Shown one piece after another: positions 19,024-29,410 of a DNA stretch of 64,000 nucleotides. Made by a program: the position numbers and the translations under genes. The notes below the pieces were generated by a model. That model worked only from the letters and a program-made list of their open reading frames with translations, was not told the DNA's origin and searched no databases. Origin of the DNA: Clostridium sp. (GTDB lineage Bacteria > Bacillota_I > Bacilli_A > RF39 > UBA660). The stretch spans positions 5,484 to 69,483 of the forward strand of contig JAMPDH010000003.1 in the NCBI GenBank assembly GCA_023665725.1, given 5' to 3'. How positions within the stretch are numbered: the stretch's first letter is position 1; each line of letters opens with the position of its first letter.

Positions 19024-20425
19024 AAAATCTTATTTACGAACTAAAATATGGTTATATTTAATAGCTCTTTCCGTATCTATTCTTATATTTTTATGGTTAT
19101 TTCAAATATTCTTTTTAGGAGCATACTATAGCTATTATAAAAACAGAGAAGTTTTACATGCAATAGACGAAATAAAAGAAAAATATGATGATTTTGATTT
19201 TAAGGAAAAGTTAGATGATATTTCTAAGAATAATGAAGTTTGTATTGAAATAGTAAGAAATAATAGTGTCGAATATTTATCCGCACTTTACAACAAGGGA
19301 TGTATAGGTGCCGAAAAAAGTCAGTATATAGATACATTCAAAAATAAATTTATATCTAGTAACTTAGAAGAAGGTAAGTATACACTTACTAATTCAAGAT
19401 TTAAAAATAAAACAATTTTATATGCTGTTAAGTTAGATGAAAATACATTTTCTTTTATAAGTGCATCGTTAGAACCTATGGAGACAGCAATTATAGTATT
19501 TAAAAATCAGTTTTTCTTTGAAACAATTTTAGTTATAATTTTATCTTTACTGGTTTCTTACTTCGTATCTAAAAGAATTTCTAAACCTATTACTAAAATG
19601 AATGTAGAAGCAAAAAAATTAGCAAGTGGAGATTATAAAGTAGATTTTAATATAGACGACTCGATAATAGAAATTAATGAGTTATCGCAAACGTTAGAAT
19701 ATACTAAAAATCAATTATCAAAAATAGAAGATACAAGACGTGAATTACTCGCAAACATTAGCCATGATTTAAAAACTCCTCTTACCATGATAAAAGCATA
19801 TGCAGAAATGATTAGAGATTTAACAATTGATAATAAAGAAAAAAGTATAAAAAATTTAAACATTATAATAGAAGAAACCGATAGACTTAATGTCCTTGTA
19901 AATGATATTATGGATTTATCTAGTATTAGATCTGGAACCCAAAAATTAGTTATAACTGAATTTGATATAAATGAGCTAATAAAGACAATAATAAAAAGAT
20001 TCAATATAATGATAGAACAAGAAAATTATATATTTAAAATTAACTTACTTAAAAATTCCATAAAGGTTTTAGGTGATATTAAAAGAATAGAACAAGTAAT
20101 ATATAATTTAATTAATAATGCAATTAACTATACAGGAAATGATAAAACTATTATAATAAATCTTATTGATAATAAAGATTATGTAAGAGTTGAGATAAAA
20201 GATACTGGTAATGGTATAGATGAAAGTGAATTACAAAATATTTGGGAAAAATATTATAAGATTGATAAAACACATTCTAGAGTTCAAGTAGGTAGTGGAA
20301 TAGGCTTATCTATTGTTAAAAATATATTAATAAATCACGGTTATAATTATGGAGTTAAAACTAATAAAGAAAAAGGCACTACATTCTATTTTGATTTAAA
20401 AAAGGTAGAAAAACGAAAAAAATAA
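19013..20425 (+). CDS. Sensor histidine kinase (2 TM, HAMP-like linker, HisKA, HATPase_c).
   Basis: H-box LANISHDLKTPLT, N-box NLINNAINYT, and G-boxes DTGNGIDE and GSGIGLSIV. It overlaps the response-regulator gene by 11 nt. Confidence 0.85.
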   Translation: MKHKKSYLRTKIWLYLIALSVSILIFLWLFQIFFLGAYYSYYKNREVLHAIDEIKEKYDDFDFKEKLDDISKNNEVCIEIVRNNSVEYLSALYNKGCIGAEKSQYIDTFKNKFISSNLEEGKYTLTNSRFKNKTILYAVKLDENTFSFISASLEPMETAIIVFKNQFFFETILVIILSLLVSYFVSKRISKPITKMNVEAKKLASGDYKVDFNIDDSIIEINELSQTLEYTKNQLSKIEDTRRELLANISHDLKTPLTMIKAYAEMIRDLTIDNKEKSIKNLNIIIEETDRLNVLVNDIMDLSSIRSGTQKLVITEFDINELIKTIIKRFNIMIEQENYIFKINLLKNSIKVLGDIKRIEQVIYNLINNAINYTGNDKTIIINLIDNKDYVRVEIKDTGNGIDESELQNIWEKYYKIDKTHSRVQVGSGIGLSIVKNILINHGYNYGVKTNKEKGTTFYFDLKKVEKRKK

Positions 20426-20563
20426 AATAAGTATATTGAAAAAAATCAGTAAAAAAACTGGTTTTTTTAAAATTTATAAAATAAATTTATTTAAAATTAT
20501 GTAAAACATGGTATACTTATAAATAGAGATAATAAATTTATTAAAGAAAAAGAGGGTAATTAA

Positions 20564-21199
20564 ATGGATGAAAAATCAAATGAAGCAAAAATATTTAATA
20601 ATGGTACTTTAGATTTAAGCACTTTAGATGTTGCGAAAGACTTAAAGCTTCCCAGATATGTTAATGGCAATTTATTATTGACTAATTTAATTAATGTCGA
20701 GGATCATTTAAAATTCCCAAGGTATATTAATGGTGGATTAGGATTAAATAGTTTACAAAGCGCTGAAAATATAGAGTTACCATATTGTATAAATGGTAGT
20801 TTAGTATTAAGTGGATTAAAAAGTATAAAAGGATTGCAACTACCAGAATTTATTAATGGAAGTATAAATTTAAGTAGTCTAACAAATGCTAAAGGACTAA
20901 GTTTCCCAATATATCTAAAAAACAGTTTATTCTTAAATAGTTTAAATGATGCAGATGGTGTAGTTTTGCCAAGATATATAGAGGGGGAATTAGACTTAGA
21001 AAGTTTAAAAACAACTAAGGGGTTAATTTTACCAGAATATATAAATGGAACATTATTTTTAAATAGCTTAAAAGATATTAAAAATTTAAAGTTACCTAAA
21101 TATATAGGCGGATTCTTATTTATAAATAGCTCTATAAATATAGAAGAATTAAAATTACCAGACGATTTTAAAAAGGATAGGATAATTATAACGGAATAA
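20564..21199 (+). CDS. Tandem-repeat protein: eight or more 21-22-aa repeats (consensus xLxLPxYINGxLxLNSLxxxxG). Cytoplasmic or unknown localisation.
   Basis: AGAGGG RBS. No signal peptide. The repeats are evident both in the protein and as 63-66-nt periodicity in the DNA. The antisense ORF 20704..21216 is a repeat artefact. Confidence 0.55.
   Translation: MDEKSNEAKIFNNGTLDLSTLDVAKDLKLPRYVNGNLLLTNLINVEDHLKFPRYINGGLGLNSLQSAENIELPYCINGSLVLSGLKSIKGLQLPEFINGSINLSSLTNAKGLSFPIYLKNSLFLNSLNDADGVVLPRYIEGELDLESLKTTKGLILPEYINGTLFLNSLKDIKNLKLPKYIGGFLFINSSINIEELKLPDDFKKDRIIITE
20620..21170 (+). repeat. Internal 63-66-nt tandem repeats inside CDS 20564..21199.
   Basis: Eight diverged copies encode the xLxLPxYINGxLxLNSL unit. 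The overlapping antisense ORF reflects the periodicity. Confidence 0.6.
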
Positions 21200-21237
21200 T
21201 AGAAAATATAGTCCAACGTATTTTAGGAAGTGATATT

Positions 21238-22164
21238 GTGATTTATTTATTATATGGTATAGAAAGTTATTTAATAAATGATTTTATAAAAAAAATAAAA
21301 GAAGAAAATAAAATAAATGATTTAAATTTAGTAACTTATGATATGGAAAATGATAATATAAGTAATATTATAGAAGATGCTAATACACTTACTATGTTTG
21401 GAGGCAAAAAATTTATACTAGTAAAAAATAGTATATTTTTTACTAGTATAAAAAATAATATAGATATTTCTCCATTAGAAAATTATATTAAAAATATAAA
21501 TCCAAATACTATAATTGTATTTACCGTGCAATATGAAAAGTTAGATGAGAGAAAAAAAATATATAAAACATTAAAGAAGATTGGAATTGTTAAATGTTTT
21601 AATGAAACTGATAATAATTTCATAAAAAAAATGTTTGAAGACTATCAAATAGATTTTAAGTTGATTCAATTATTAAAAGAGAGAGTTGGCACTAATTCAC
21701 AATTGTTGAGTCAAGAAATAAAAAAAATCATCACTTATAAAGATAATGATAAAATTATAACAGAAGAAGATATTTTGAATTTAACTAATAAGCAAATAGA
21801 TACAGATATTTTTACATTAATTGATTGTATTATAATTAAGGATAAAGAAAAAGCAATAGAAATATATAATGAAATGATAAAATTAAATGAAGAACCTATT
21901 AAAATAATTGTAATGCTTGCTAATCAATTTAGAATTATGTACCAATCCAAAATACTTCAAAAAAAAGGATATAGTAGTAATGACATAGCATCACTACTTG
22001 AAATTCATCCATATAGAGTAAAACTAGCTTTAGAAAAGTCAAGTAAATATAAAGATGACGATTTAATATTTAATTTATATAGATTGGCCGAATTAGATGA
22101 AAAAATAAAGTTAGGGAATATAGAAAAATATTTAGCTTTAGAATTATTTTTACTTAAGATATAA
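21238..22164 (+). CDS. holA: DNA polymerase III delta subunit.
   Basis: GTG start with an AGGAAG RBS. N-terminal IYLLYGIESYLI... and overall YqeN/HolA-like composition. The call is by pattern and is moderately confident. Confidence 0.65.
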   Translation: MIYLLYGIESYLINDFIKKIKEENKINDLNLVTYDMENDNISNIIEDANTLTMFGGKKFILVKNSIFFTSIKNNIDISPLENYIKNINPNTIIVFTVQYEKLDERKKIYKTLKKIGIVKCFNETDNNFIKKMFEDYQIDFKLIQLLKERVGTNSQLLSQEIKKIITYKDNDKIITEEDILNLTNKQIDTDIFTLIDCIIIKDKEKAIEIYNEMIKLNEEPIKIIVMLANQFRIMYQSKILQKKGYSSNDIASLLEIHPYRVKLALEKSSKYKDDDLIFNLYRLAELDEKIKLGNIEKYLALELFLLKI

Positions 22165-22174
22165 ATATAATATA

Positions 22175-22202
22175 AAAAAGTTGACTTAAAATCAACTTTT
22201 TG
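22175..22202 (+). terminator. Intrinsic terminator after holA.
   Basis: aaaagttga-cttaaaa-tcaactttt stem-loop followed by a T-run. Confidence 0.65.
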
Positions 22203-22301
22203 CTTTTTAGTACATATATTGTGTGCTTTTATGCAAAATTTTACTTGCAATTTATTCATTTAGTGATATAATATCTCCCTGTAGAAAGGGGACAGTTTAT
22301 A

Positions 22302-22874
22302 ATGAGTGAAAAAATTATCTATGAAGAGGTTGCAGATTATAATAATGAATTTGAAAATGCTTTTAGTTATTATAGCATAATTGGAAATGAAGAGCCAAAT
22401 AATTATGAAAAAATAAGATATTATAAAGCTAATTCACTTACTCCAGAGAGAATAAAAACATTAGTATGTGTAATAGAAGAAAAAAAACAAGTAAACGATA
22501 ATTCTTGGTATTCTAATGTATTAAATGGATATTACTATAATATTTTTGATAATTCTTCAACTGAGTATGAAATTGTAATAGGAACAGGTATTAGGAAAAA
22601 AACAATTAACATAAACATTTTACCAAATGGAATGATTGAATATAATGAATTATCTAAACTTAAACCAATTTTAGGGAACGTGCCTATTGAAGGTTTGGGA
22701 ATAGAAGAATTATATTGTTTATTACTTAAATTACAACTTACAAATATTCCTACTATTAATTTTATACAACTTAAAAAAGCAATAGATTTAAAAAATTTAA
22801 ATTCTAAATTAAATGACTTTATAAGAGAATATTGTAATCCAAAAGTTAAATGTATTAAACCAATTGCACAATAA
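22302..22874 (+). CDS. Hypothetical protein.
   Basis: A 190-aa ORF with an extended -10 (TGATATAAT) and an AAAGGGGA RBS upstream. No recognisable motif. Confidence 0.4.
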   Translation: MSEKIIYEEVADYNNEFENAFSYYSIIGNEEPNNYEKIRYYKANSLTPERIKTLVCVIEEKKQVNDNSWYSNVLNGYYYNIFDNSSTEYEIVIGTGIRKKTININILPNGMIEYNELSKLKPILGNVPIEGLGIEELYCLLLKLQLTNIPTINFIQLKKAIDLKNLNSKLNDFIREYCNPKVKCIKPIAQ

Positions 22875-22890
22875 AAAGGCAAAAGCCTTT

Positions 22891-24510
22891 TTATTTTTCG
22901 TCTATTTCTAGTATTTTAGGTATAACTTGTAACTTTCTAGAAACTACATCTTTTAAGAAAATACCTTGTTCAATGTTATTAATATTAAATGCTTTTTTGA
23001 CAATACTTTCACCATTATTATTATATAAAATATAAGATCCATTATTTAAAATATCAGTTACCAATAACGTAATTAAAGCATAGTCATTTTCATTTGCGAT
23101 GGTATCTATTAGTTTAATAAACTCTTCTTTTTCATTTAATAATTCTTCTGGATTAGTCGTAGATATTTGACCAATACCAATTTTACTATCTTTAAATGGG
23201 TAATTTTTAAAGTCTGTATATAATATTTCTTCTTTAGTTTTACCCTTAAATGAAGAACCTTTTTTAATCATTGTAAGCCCATAATCATTATAATCAATTT
23301 TAGTTATTTTTGATAACTCAGTCAATACTTCTTTGTCAATTGAAGTTGAAGTAGGGGATTTTAATACAAGTGTATCAGAACATATACCACTCATAAGCAT
23401 CCCTGCAATTTCATAAGGGATTTCTATATTATTTTCTTTAAACATGAGATAGCATATTGTACATGTACTTCCCAATGGCATATTTCTAAAGTTAATAGGT
23501 TTACTTGTACCAATATTACCGATATTATGATGATCAACAACCTCTATAATATCAGCTTCCTCAATTCCTTCGGCACTTTGAAAAATAGTATTATGATCTA
23601 CTAAAATTACTTTTTTTTGCTTTTTTTCGCCAACATCAGAAAGCCTAACAATTCCAAGACATTTGTTACTATCTGTTAAAACAGGATAATAGCTAAATTT
23701 AGTTTTATTAGCTAAATCTATAAAATCGCTTACATTCATATTACTATTTACACATAATATATTTTTAGTAGTTGATATTTTATATATATAATTACATAAG
23801 TTAATCATTTTAGCAACTTGTAATGTAGAATAAGAGGTTCTTATAATATTTACACCATTTTCTTTTGCCATATTATAGTGTTCTTCCTTCATGCTAGAAT
23901 TTCCTGTAAGTATAATTAATTTTACCTTTTTAGTAATTGCATGTTCTATAATACTATGTCTGTCTCCAATTATCAATATGGATGAATTATCCAAAATTAT
24001 TGTTTCAATAAATGTTGAACTTTTATAACCAGCAATTATTAAATCTCCATTTATTTTATCAGAAAATTTTAGTACCTCCTGACCTGATATTGTTTTGATT
24101 ATGTTGTCATAAGTTGTTGTTAACTTTTCTATATTTCCTTCAACCTGATCTTTAGCAATATTTTTCATAGACAATACACTTAAAAATTTTTGATCTTCAT
24201 CTACTATCGGTATTTTACTTGTTCCAGTTTCTTCCATTTTTAAATATCCAGAATAAATAGATTCATATTCATTTATAAAATGTCCCTTTTTATAATCTAA
24301 ATCCTTAATTTTTAATTTTACATCATTTAAAAACACTGGTTTTTTAACATTAAAATAATTAAGTGCATATTTTGTTTCATTATTTATATCACTAAGTATT
24401 GCAGGAGATGTATTCATTCCTAACTGGTTTTTTAAATATGATAGTGCTATAGCAGAGCATACACTATCTGTATCTGGATTCCTGTGTCCAAATATATATA
24501 CTTTTTCCAT
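22891..24510 (-). CDS. ppaC: CBS-domain-containing family II (Mn-dependent, DHH/DHHA2) inorganic pyrophosphatase.
   Basis: GAGAGGA RBS. N-terminal IFGHRNPDTDSVCSAIA is the DHH motif. An inserted CBS pair and a DRTGG-like region (IIGDRHSI) follow. The C-terminal DHHA2 carries VVDHHN and MLMSGICSDTLVLKSPTST. Confidence 0.8.
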   Translation of the reverse strand: MEKVYIFGHRNPDTDSVCSAIALSYLKNQLGMNTSPAILSDINNETKYALNYFNVKKPVFLNDVKLKIKDLDYKKGHFINEYESIYSGYLKMEETGTSKIPIVDEDQKFLSVLSMKNIAKDQVEGNIEKLTTTYDNIIKTISGQEVLKFSDKINGDLIIAGYKSSTFIETIILDNSSILIIGDRHSIIEHAITKKVKLIILTGNSSMKEEHYNMAKENGVNIIRTSYSTLQVAKMINLCNYIYKISTTKNILCVNSNMNVSDFIDLANKTKFSYYPVLTDSNKCLGIVRLSDVGEKKQKKVILVDHNTIFQSAEGIEEADIIEVVDHHNIGNIGTSKPINFRNMPLGSTCTICYLMFKENNIEIPYEIAGMLMSGICSDTLVLKSPTSTSIDKEVLTELSKITKIDYNDYGLTMIKKGSSFKGKTKEEILYTDFKNYPFKDSKIGIGQISTTNPEELLNEKEEFIKLIDTIANENDYALITLLVTDILNNGSYILYNNNGESIVKKAFNINNIEQGIFLKDVVSRKLQVIPKILEIDEK

Positions 24511-24661
24511 TATGTTTCATCCTCTCTAAGATGTAATTATTATATCATAATTATCTGTAAATATAAAGTAATAAATAGGCTTTTATATTGCAAAAATACT
24601 TTACATTTTAATAAAATTTATTGTATAATTAAATATGTTTGAAAAAGGGAGTGGAACATTT

Positions 24662-26071
24662 ATGAAAAAAACAAAAATAATATGTAGTATTGGTCCTTCT
24701 ACTCAAACTTGGGAAAATTTTAAAGGTTTAGTAGATGCTGGTATGAATGTTGCAAGAATTAATTTTTCCCATGCAACTATGGAAGAAAGAAAATTAGATG
24801 AAAGTTTAGTAGAGCGTGCTAGAAAAGAAATGGGAGCAAATATAGCAATACTTTATGATACAAAAGGGCCTGATCTTAGAACTTGTACATTCGAAGGAGA
24901 TTATATAGAACTAGTTAAGGGAAATACAATAAGAATTGTTGAAGAAGATTTAAAAGATAATGGAAATAAGGAAAGAATTTCATTTAACTATAGAAATATT
25001 ATAAAAAATTTAAAAATTGGGCAAGAAATTTTACTTGACGATGGATTTTATAAATTAATCGTTATTTCAAAAGAAGAAGATGGAGTAACTTGTGAAATAG
25101 AAAATTCAGGAACAATTAAATCGAGACGTGGAGTTTGTATTCCTGGTGTCAATTTGGATGTACCTTATGTATCAGAAAAAGATAAGGAAGATATTAAATA
25201 TGCTTGTGACATGGATGGTGATTATCTAGCTATATCATTTGTTAATACAGCTGATAATATTAGAGAAGTTAGAGCTTTATGTAAGGAATTTGGCAAACCA
25301 AATATGCCAATTATTTCTAAAGTAGAAACTCAATTTGCGATGGGAAATTTAAAAGAAATCGTTACAGAATCTGATTATATTATGATAGCACGTGGTGATT
25401 TAGGGGTTGAAACAGGAGTAGAAAATTTACCTTTATATCAGCAAATGATGATAGATGAATGTCATAGCCAAGGAAAAGGAGTAATTATGGCGACACAAAT
25501 GATGACCTCTATGAAGCATAATATTAGACCTACTAATGCAGAAGTAACCGATGTTTCTAATGCAGTTTTACGCGGATGCGACGCTATTATGACAAGTGAT
25601 GAAACAACTATGGGGGAATATCCAGTTGAAACTATACAAGCTATGAGTAAAATCGCTATAAATGCAGAACTAATAGCTAATTACAGTTTAAAAGATTACA
25701 AACTAATAGGAACTGATATTCATAATACAATAGCTAAGTGTGTAGTAGAGGCATCTAAAGAATTACCTATCAAAGCAATAGTTGCTTCTACCTTAAATGG
25801 GAAAACAGCTATAGACTTATCATCATTAAGACCTAACTCATTTATAGTAGCAGCAGTAACTAATGAAAAAGTTGCTCGTTCTCTAGCACTTAAATGGGGG
25901 GTTTATTCTACCGTTATTCCTACTTTACATTCTATAGATGAAGTAGTTTCAAGTTGTGTTTTAGCAACCAAGGATATGCTAGAATTAAAATCAGGAGATT
26001 TAGTATCAGTTGTAGGTAGTATTCCTGAGGAAGCTCATACTAACTTTATGAAGATTGAAGAAATAGCCTAA
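24662..26071 (+). CDS. pyk: Pyruvate kinase.
   Basis: GGGAG RBS before the ATG at 24662. N-terminal MKKTKIICSIGPST...MNVARINFSHA. Motifs MIARGDLGVE, MATQMM and RGCDAIMTSDETTMGEYP. Confidence 0.9.
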   Translation: MKKTKIICSIGPSTQTWENFKGLVDAGMNVARINFSHATMEERKLDESLVERARKEMGANIAILYDTKGPDLRTCTFEGDYIELVKGNTIRIVEEDLKDNGNKERISFNYRNIIKNLKIGQEILLDDGFYKLIVISKEEDGVTCEIENSGTIKSRRGVCIPGVNLDVPYVSEKDKEDIKYACDMDGDYLAISFVNTADNIREVRALCKEFGKPNMPIISKVETQFAMGNLKEIVTESDYIMIARGDLGVETGVENLPLYQQMMIDECHSQGKGVIMATQMMTSMKHNIRPTNAEVTDVSNAVLRGCDAIMTSDETTMGEYPVETIQAMSKIAINAELIANYSLKDYKLIGTDIHNTIAKCVVEASKELPIKAIVASTLNGKTAIDLSSLRPNSFIVAAVTNEKVARSLALKWGVYSTVIPTLHSIDEVVSSCVLATKDMLELKSGDLVSVVGSIPEEAHTNFMKIEEIA

Positions 26072-26088
26072 AATTAGGCTTTTTTTTA
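26065..26088 (+). terminator. Intrinsic terminator after pyk.
   Basis: agcctaaaattaggct hairpin followed by TTTTTTTT. The stem includes the stop codon. Confidence 0.7.
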
Positions 26089-26166
26089 TTTTCAAAAATT
26101 TTTATTTATTTAAATTTAAAAAAAGTGTTATAATATTTTAAATAAATTTAGTGAGGTGAATAATAA

Positions 26167-27102
26167 ATGATGTATGAGGAAGAAATAGATATTTATGATG
26201 ACAATGAAATTTTTGAAGATTTGTTTTTAAATGAAGATAATAATCAAAATTATGATTGTTTTATAAGTGATGCTACTCGTTCATATTTAAAACAAATCGG
26301 CAAATATAAAAAATTAAATGATGAAGAAGAAAAAATATTAATGAAGAGATTAAAAAATGGAGATAAAAAAGCATATGATAAATTTGTAAAACATAATTTA
26401 AAACTTGTTGTTAATACTGCAAAAGATTATAGAGGATATAATGTTCCATTCATAGATATCATATTATATGGGAATGAAGGGCTTTATGAGGCAATTAATA
26501 GATATGATATTTCAAAAGGATGTAAGTTTTCAACATATGCAGTACCTTGTATTAAAACAAAAATAATAAGAGGAATTCGTGAAAACCTTAGATTGATTAT
26601 ACCTTCATTTCATATATCAGAAGAAATTAATAAATATTTAAAAATATACTCTTATTTATTAATTAAATTAGAACATGAACCTACAATAGAAGAAATGGCT
26701 TCAGAGTTAAATATTTCAATTGAAGAAGCATTGTTATTAGAACACTTATCAAAAGATGATATAAGTATAAATCAACAGTTTGAAGATAATGATAAACTTG
26801 AGCTTGGAGATTTAATTATTGATGAAACCGTAAATGTAGAAGAAAAAGTAACTTCAGATATTTATTTTGCTAAAATAATAAATTTCATAAATGATAATTT
26901 GAATGAAAAAGAAATAGATATTATAAAAAAGAGATTTGGATTTGATAATAAAATTCCTATGTCATATGACGAAATTGGTAAAATATATGGTGTTAGTCGT
27001 GAAAGAATAAGGGTAATAGTAAATAATATTTTTAAAAAACTTAGAAATTCTAAAGAATTTCAAAAAATTTCTGGATATAATCAAAAAAGTTACAAAAAAT
27101 AA
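26167..27102 (+). CDS. Sigma-70 family RNA polymerase sigma factor, a divergent 311-aa paralog.
   Basis: GAGGTGA RBS. Region 2 (HNLKLVVNTAKDYRGYNVPFIDIILYGNEGLYEAINRYD, CKFSTYAVPCIKTKIIRGIR), region 3 and region 4 (YDEIGKIYGVSRERIRVIVNNIFKKLR). Confidence 0.75.
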   Translation: MMYEEEIDIYDDNEIFEDLFLNEDNNQNYDCFISDATRSYLKQIGKYKKLNDEEEKILMKRLKNGDKKAYDKFVKHNLKLVVNTAKDYRGYNVPFIDIILYGNEGLYEAINRYDISKGCKFSTYAVPCIKTKIIRGIRENLRLIIPSFHISEEINKYLKIYSYLLIKLEHEPTIEEMASELNISIEEALLLEHLSKDDISINQQFEDNDKLELGDLIIDETVNVEEKVTSDIYFAKIINFINDNLNEKEIDIIKKRFGFDNKIPMSYDEIGKIYGVSRERIRVIVNNIFKKLRNSKEFQKISGYNQKSYKK

Positions 27103-27119
27103 TTAATAATAATCTAATA

Positions 27120-27160
27120 AAATAGAGAAAGATAGTTTACATACTATTTTTCTCTATTTT
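27120..27160. terminator. Bidirectional terminator between the convergent sigma-factor gene and rarA.
   Basis: An 11-bp stem (aatagagaaa / tttctctatt) with a 17-nt loop. It overlaps the 3' end of rarA. Confidence 0.45.
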
Positions 27161-28348
27161 ATTCATAATTTCTTTCAACATATTTTCATATTTATTGTTT
27201 TTAGGTATATAAAATTTTGCATCTTTTATTTTATCAGGTAAATATTGCTGTTTAACCCAGTTTTCTTTGTAATTATGAGGATATAAATAATCACTTGAAT
27301 TAGTTTTAATATTATCAGGAACATTACCACTATTACCACTTCTTACGGCATTAAGTGCACTATCTAATGCAAGATAAGCACTGTTTGATTTTGGAGAAAG
27401 CGCTAATTCTATCACTGTAACAGCTAAAGGAATTCTTGCTTCAGGCAAACCTAATCTATTACAAGCATTTATACATGCATCTACTTTAGGTCCCATACTA
27501 GTATTTGCAAGCCCTATATCTTCATAAGCTATTACACTCATTCTTCTAAATATTATATCTAAATCCTCAGCCTCTATTAGTCGTGCTAAATAATAAAGTG
27601 ATGCATTAACATCGCTTCCTCTTATAGATTTTTGAAATGCACTTATTACATCATAATATCCGTCACCGTCTTTATCATGAAAAAACGAAGGTTTATTATT
27701 TATTTTTTTTATTATATCTAAATTTATTTTAAAATCACTTGTAGAAAAATATGCAACTTCTAGTAAATTATAAGCAAATCTTAAATCTCCATTTGAGAGT
27801 TTAGATATGTAATCAATACTCTCATTATCTATACTAATACCATCTAAGTATTCAGTCTTTATGGCCTTTTTTATCCCAACAATTATATCCATATTAGTTA
27901 ATTCTTTAAGTTCAAATATTTGACATCTACTTCTAATTGCTGGATTAATACTATGATATGGATTAGATGTAGTAAGGCCAATTAAAGTTATAATTCCATT
28001 TTCTAAATATGGAAGTAATATATCTTGTTTATCCTTATTTAACCTATGTATTTCATCAACTATAAGTACAATATTTCCATACATTTTAGCTTCCTCTATA
28101 ACTATATCAAAATCCTTTTTCATATTTACAACTGCATTTAAATTTCTAAATTTAAAACCTAATTCATTTACAATAGCATTAGCTATTGATGTTTTACCAA
28201 TACCAGGTTTACCATATAAAATTAGTGAAAATAATTTTTTATGTTTAACCATATTATAAATAACATTATTTTTGCCAACTAAATGTTGTTGCCCAATAAT
28301 ATCTTCTATTTTTTTGGGTCTTAATTTTATTGCTAAAGGTTCATTCAT
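27137..28348 (-). CDS. rarA: Replication-associated recombination protein A (MgsA/RarA AAA+ ATPase).
   Basis: LRPKKIEDIIGQQHL..., Walker A GKPGIGKTS, DEIHRLNKDKQD, the sensor region and the C-terminal MgsA helical lid. Confidence 0.85.
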   Translation of the reverse strand: MNEPLAIKLRPKKIEDIIGQQHLVGKNNVIYNMVKHKKLFSLILYGKPGIGKTSIANAIVNELGFKFRNLNAVVNMKKDFDIVIEEAKMYGNIVLIVDEIHRLNKDKQDILLPYLENGIITLIGLTTSNPYHSINPAIRSRCQIFELKELTNMDIIVGIKKAIKTEYLDGISIDNESIDYISKLSNGDLRFAYNLLEVAYFSTSDFKINLDIIKKINNKPSFFHDKDGDGYYDVISAFQKSIRGSDVNASLYYLARLIEAEDLDIIFRRMSVIAYEDIGLANTSMGPKVDACINACNRLGLPEARIPLAVTVIELALSPKSNSAYLALDSALNAVRSGNSGNVPDNIKTNSSDYLYPHNYKENWVKQQYLPDKIKDAKFYIPKNNKYENMLKEIMNKIEKNSM

Positions 28349-28495
28349 TCATACCACCTATATATATTTTAACAAATTTTAAAACTAATTAATAGTTATT
28401 AATATAAATATACATAATTTTAAACTTTACATTATATAATATTTCTATTAATTTACTTAAAACTATATACGTGTTATAATAATATTGGCGATAAT

Positions 28496-29410
28496 ATGAA
28501 TGATAAAGAGTTTTTAGAAAAAATAGAAGATTATAAAAATTATATATTAATAGATAAAAAATATAGTAAAAATACAATTGATTCTTATTCCATTGAATTA
28601 CAAAAATACTATGAATATTTAATGAAAAATAAAATAACACTTAAAAATGTAAATTCAAATGATATAAGAGAATACTTAAAACATTTAAGGAAGCAAGATT
28701 TAATAGAAAAATCAATCGCACATTCTATTTCAGTAATAAGATCTTTTTATAAGTTCTTAGTAATAGAAAAATATATAAAAAATAATCCATCATTAGATAT
28801 AGAGATGCCACAACTTACTAAATTGCTTCCTAAAGTATTAAGTGAAGAAGAAGTATTAAAACTTTTAAATATAGAGTTAAAAGATAAATATAGTTATAGA
28901 AATAAAACTATGCTTGAGCTTATGTATGGTACAGGACTTAGAGTAAGCGAACTTATTAATTTAAAAGTTATAGATGTAGATTTGGAAAATTGTTTAATTC
29001 GAACCATTGGAAAAGGATCAAAAGAAAGAATTATTCCGCTTGGAGATTATACTATTTTTTATCTTAAAGAGTATATTTTAAATTATAGAAATTTATTTAT
29101 AAAGAAAGAGACAACAGATTATCTATTTTTAAATAATCATGGTAAAAAAATGACAAGACAGGGTTTTTTTAAAATACTACAAAATTTAGCTAAAGAAAAC
29201 CATATACAGACTAAATTTTCGCCGCATACTTTAAGACATTCATTCGCAACACATTTACTTAATGGTGGAGCCGATTTAAGAAGTATTCAAGAACTTTTAG
29301 GTCATTCAAATTTATCTACAACACAAGTATATACACATGTATCTAATAAAAAATTAAAGGAAAATTATGATAATTTTCATCCACATGGAGGTAAAAATGG
29401 AAAAAATTAA
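28496..29410 (+). CDS. xerD: Tyrosine recombinase XerD/XerC family.
   Basis: SAM-like N-terminus. Catalytic RxxR (GLRVSEL), HTLRHSFATHLL and the LGHSNLSTTQVYTHV tyrosine motif. Confidence 0.8.
   Translation: MNDKEFLEKIEDYKNYILIDKKYSKNTIDSYSIELQKYYEYLMKNKITLKNVNSNDIREYLKHLRKQDLIEKSIAHSISVIRSFYKFLVIEKYIKNNPSLDIEMPQLTKLLPKVLSEEEVLKLLNIELKDKYSYRNKTMLELMYGTGLRVSELINLKVIDVDLENCLIRTIGKGSKERIIPLGDYTIFYLKEYILNYRNLFIKKETTDYLFLNNHGKKMTRQGFFKILQNLAKENHIQTKFSPHTLRHSFATHLLNGGADLRSIQELLGHSNLSTTQVYTHVSNKKLKENYDNFHPHGGKNGKN

Noticed and set aside
20704-21216. 170-aa antisense ORF across the repeat protein gene.
   Set aside because: It is an artefact of the 63-nt tandem periodicity. The sense ORF has the RBS and a coherent repeat structure.
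28389-28640. 83-aa Tyr-rich ORF in the rarA/xerD divergent promoter region.
   Set aside because: It has a low-complexity translation, no RBS, and overlaps the xerD start and promoter.
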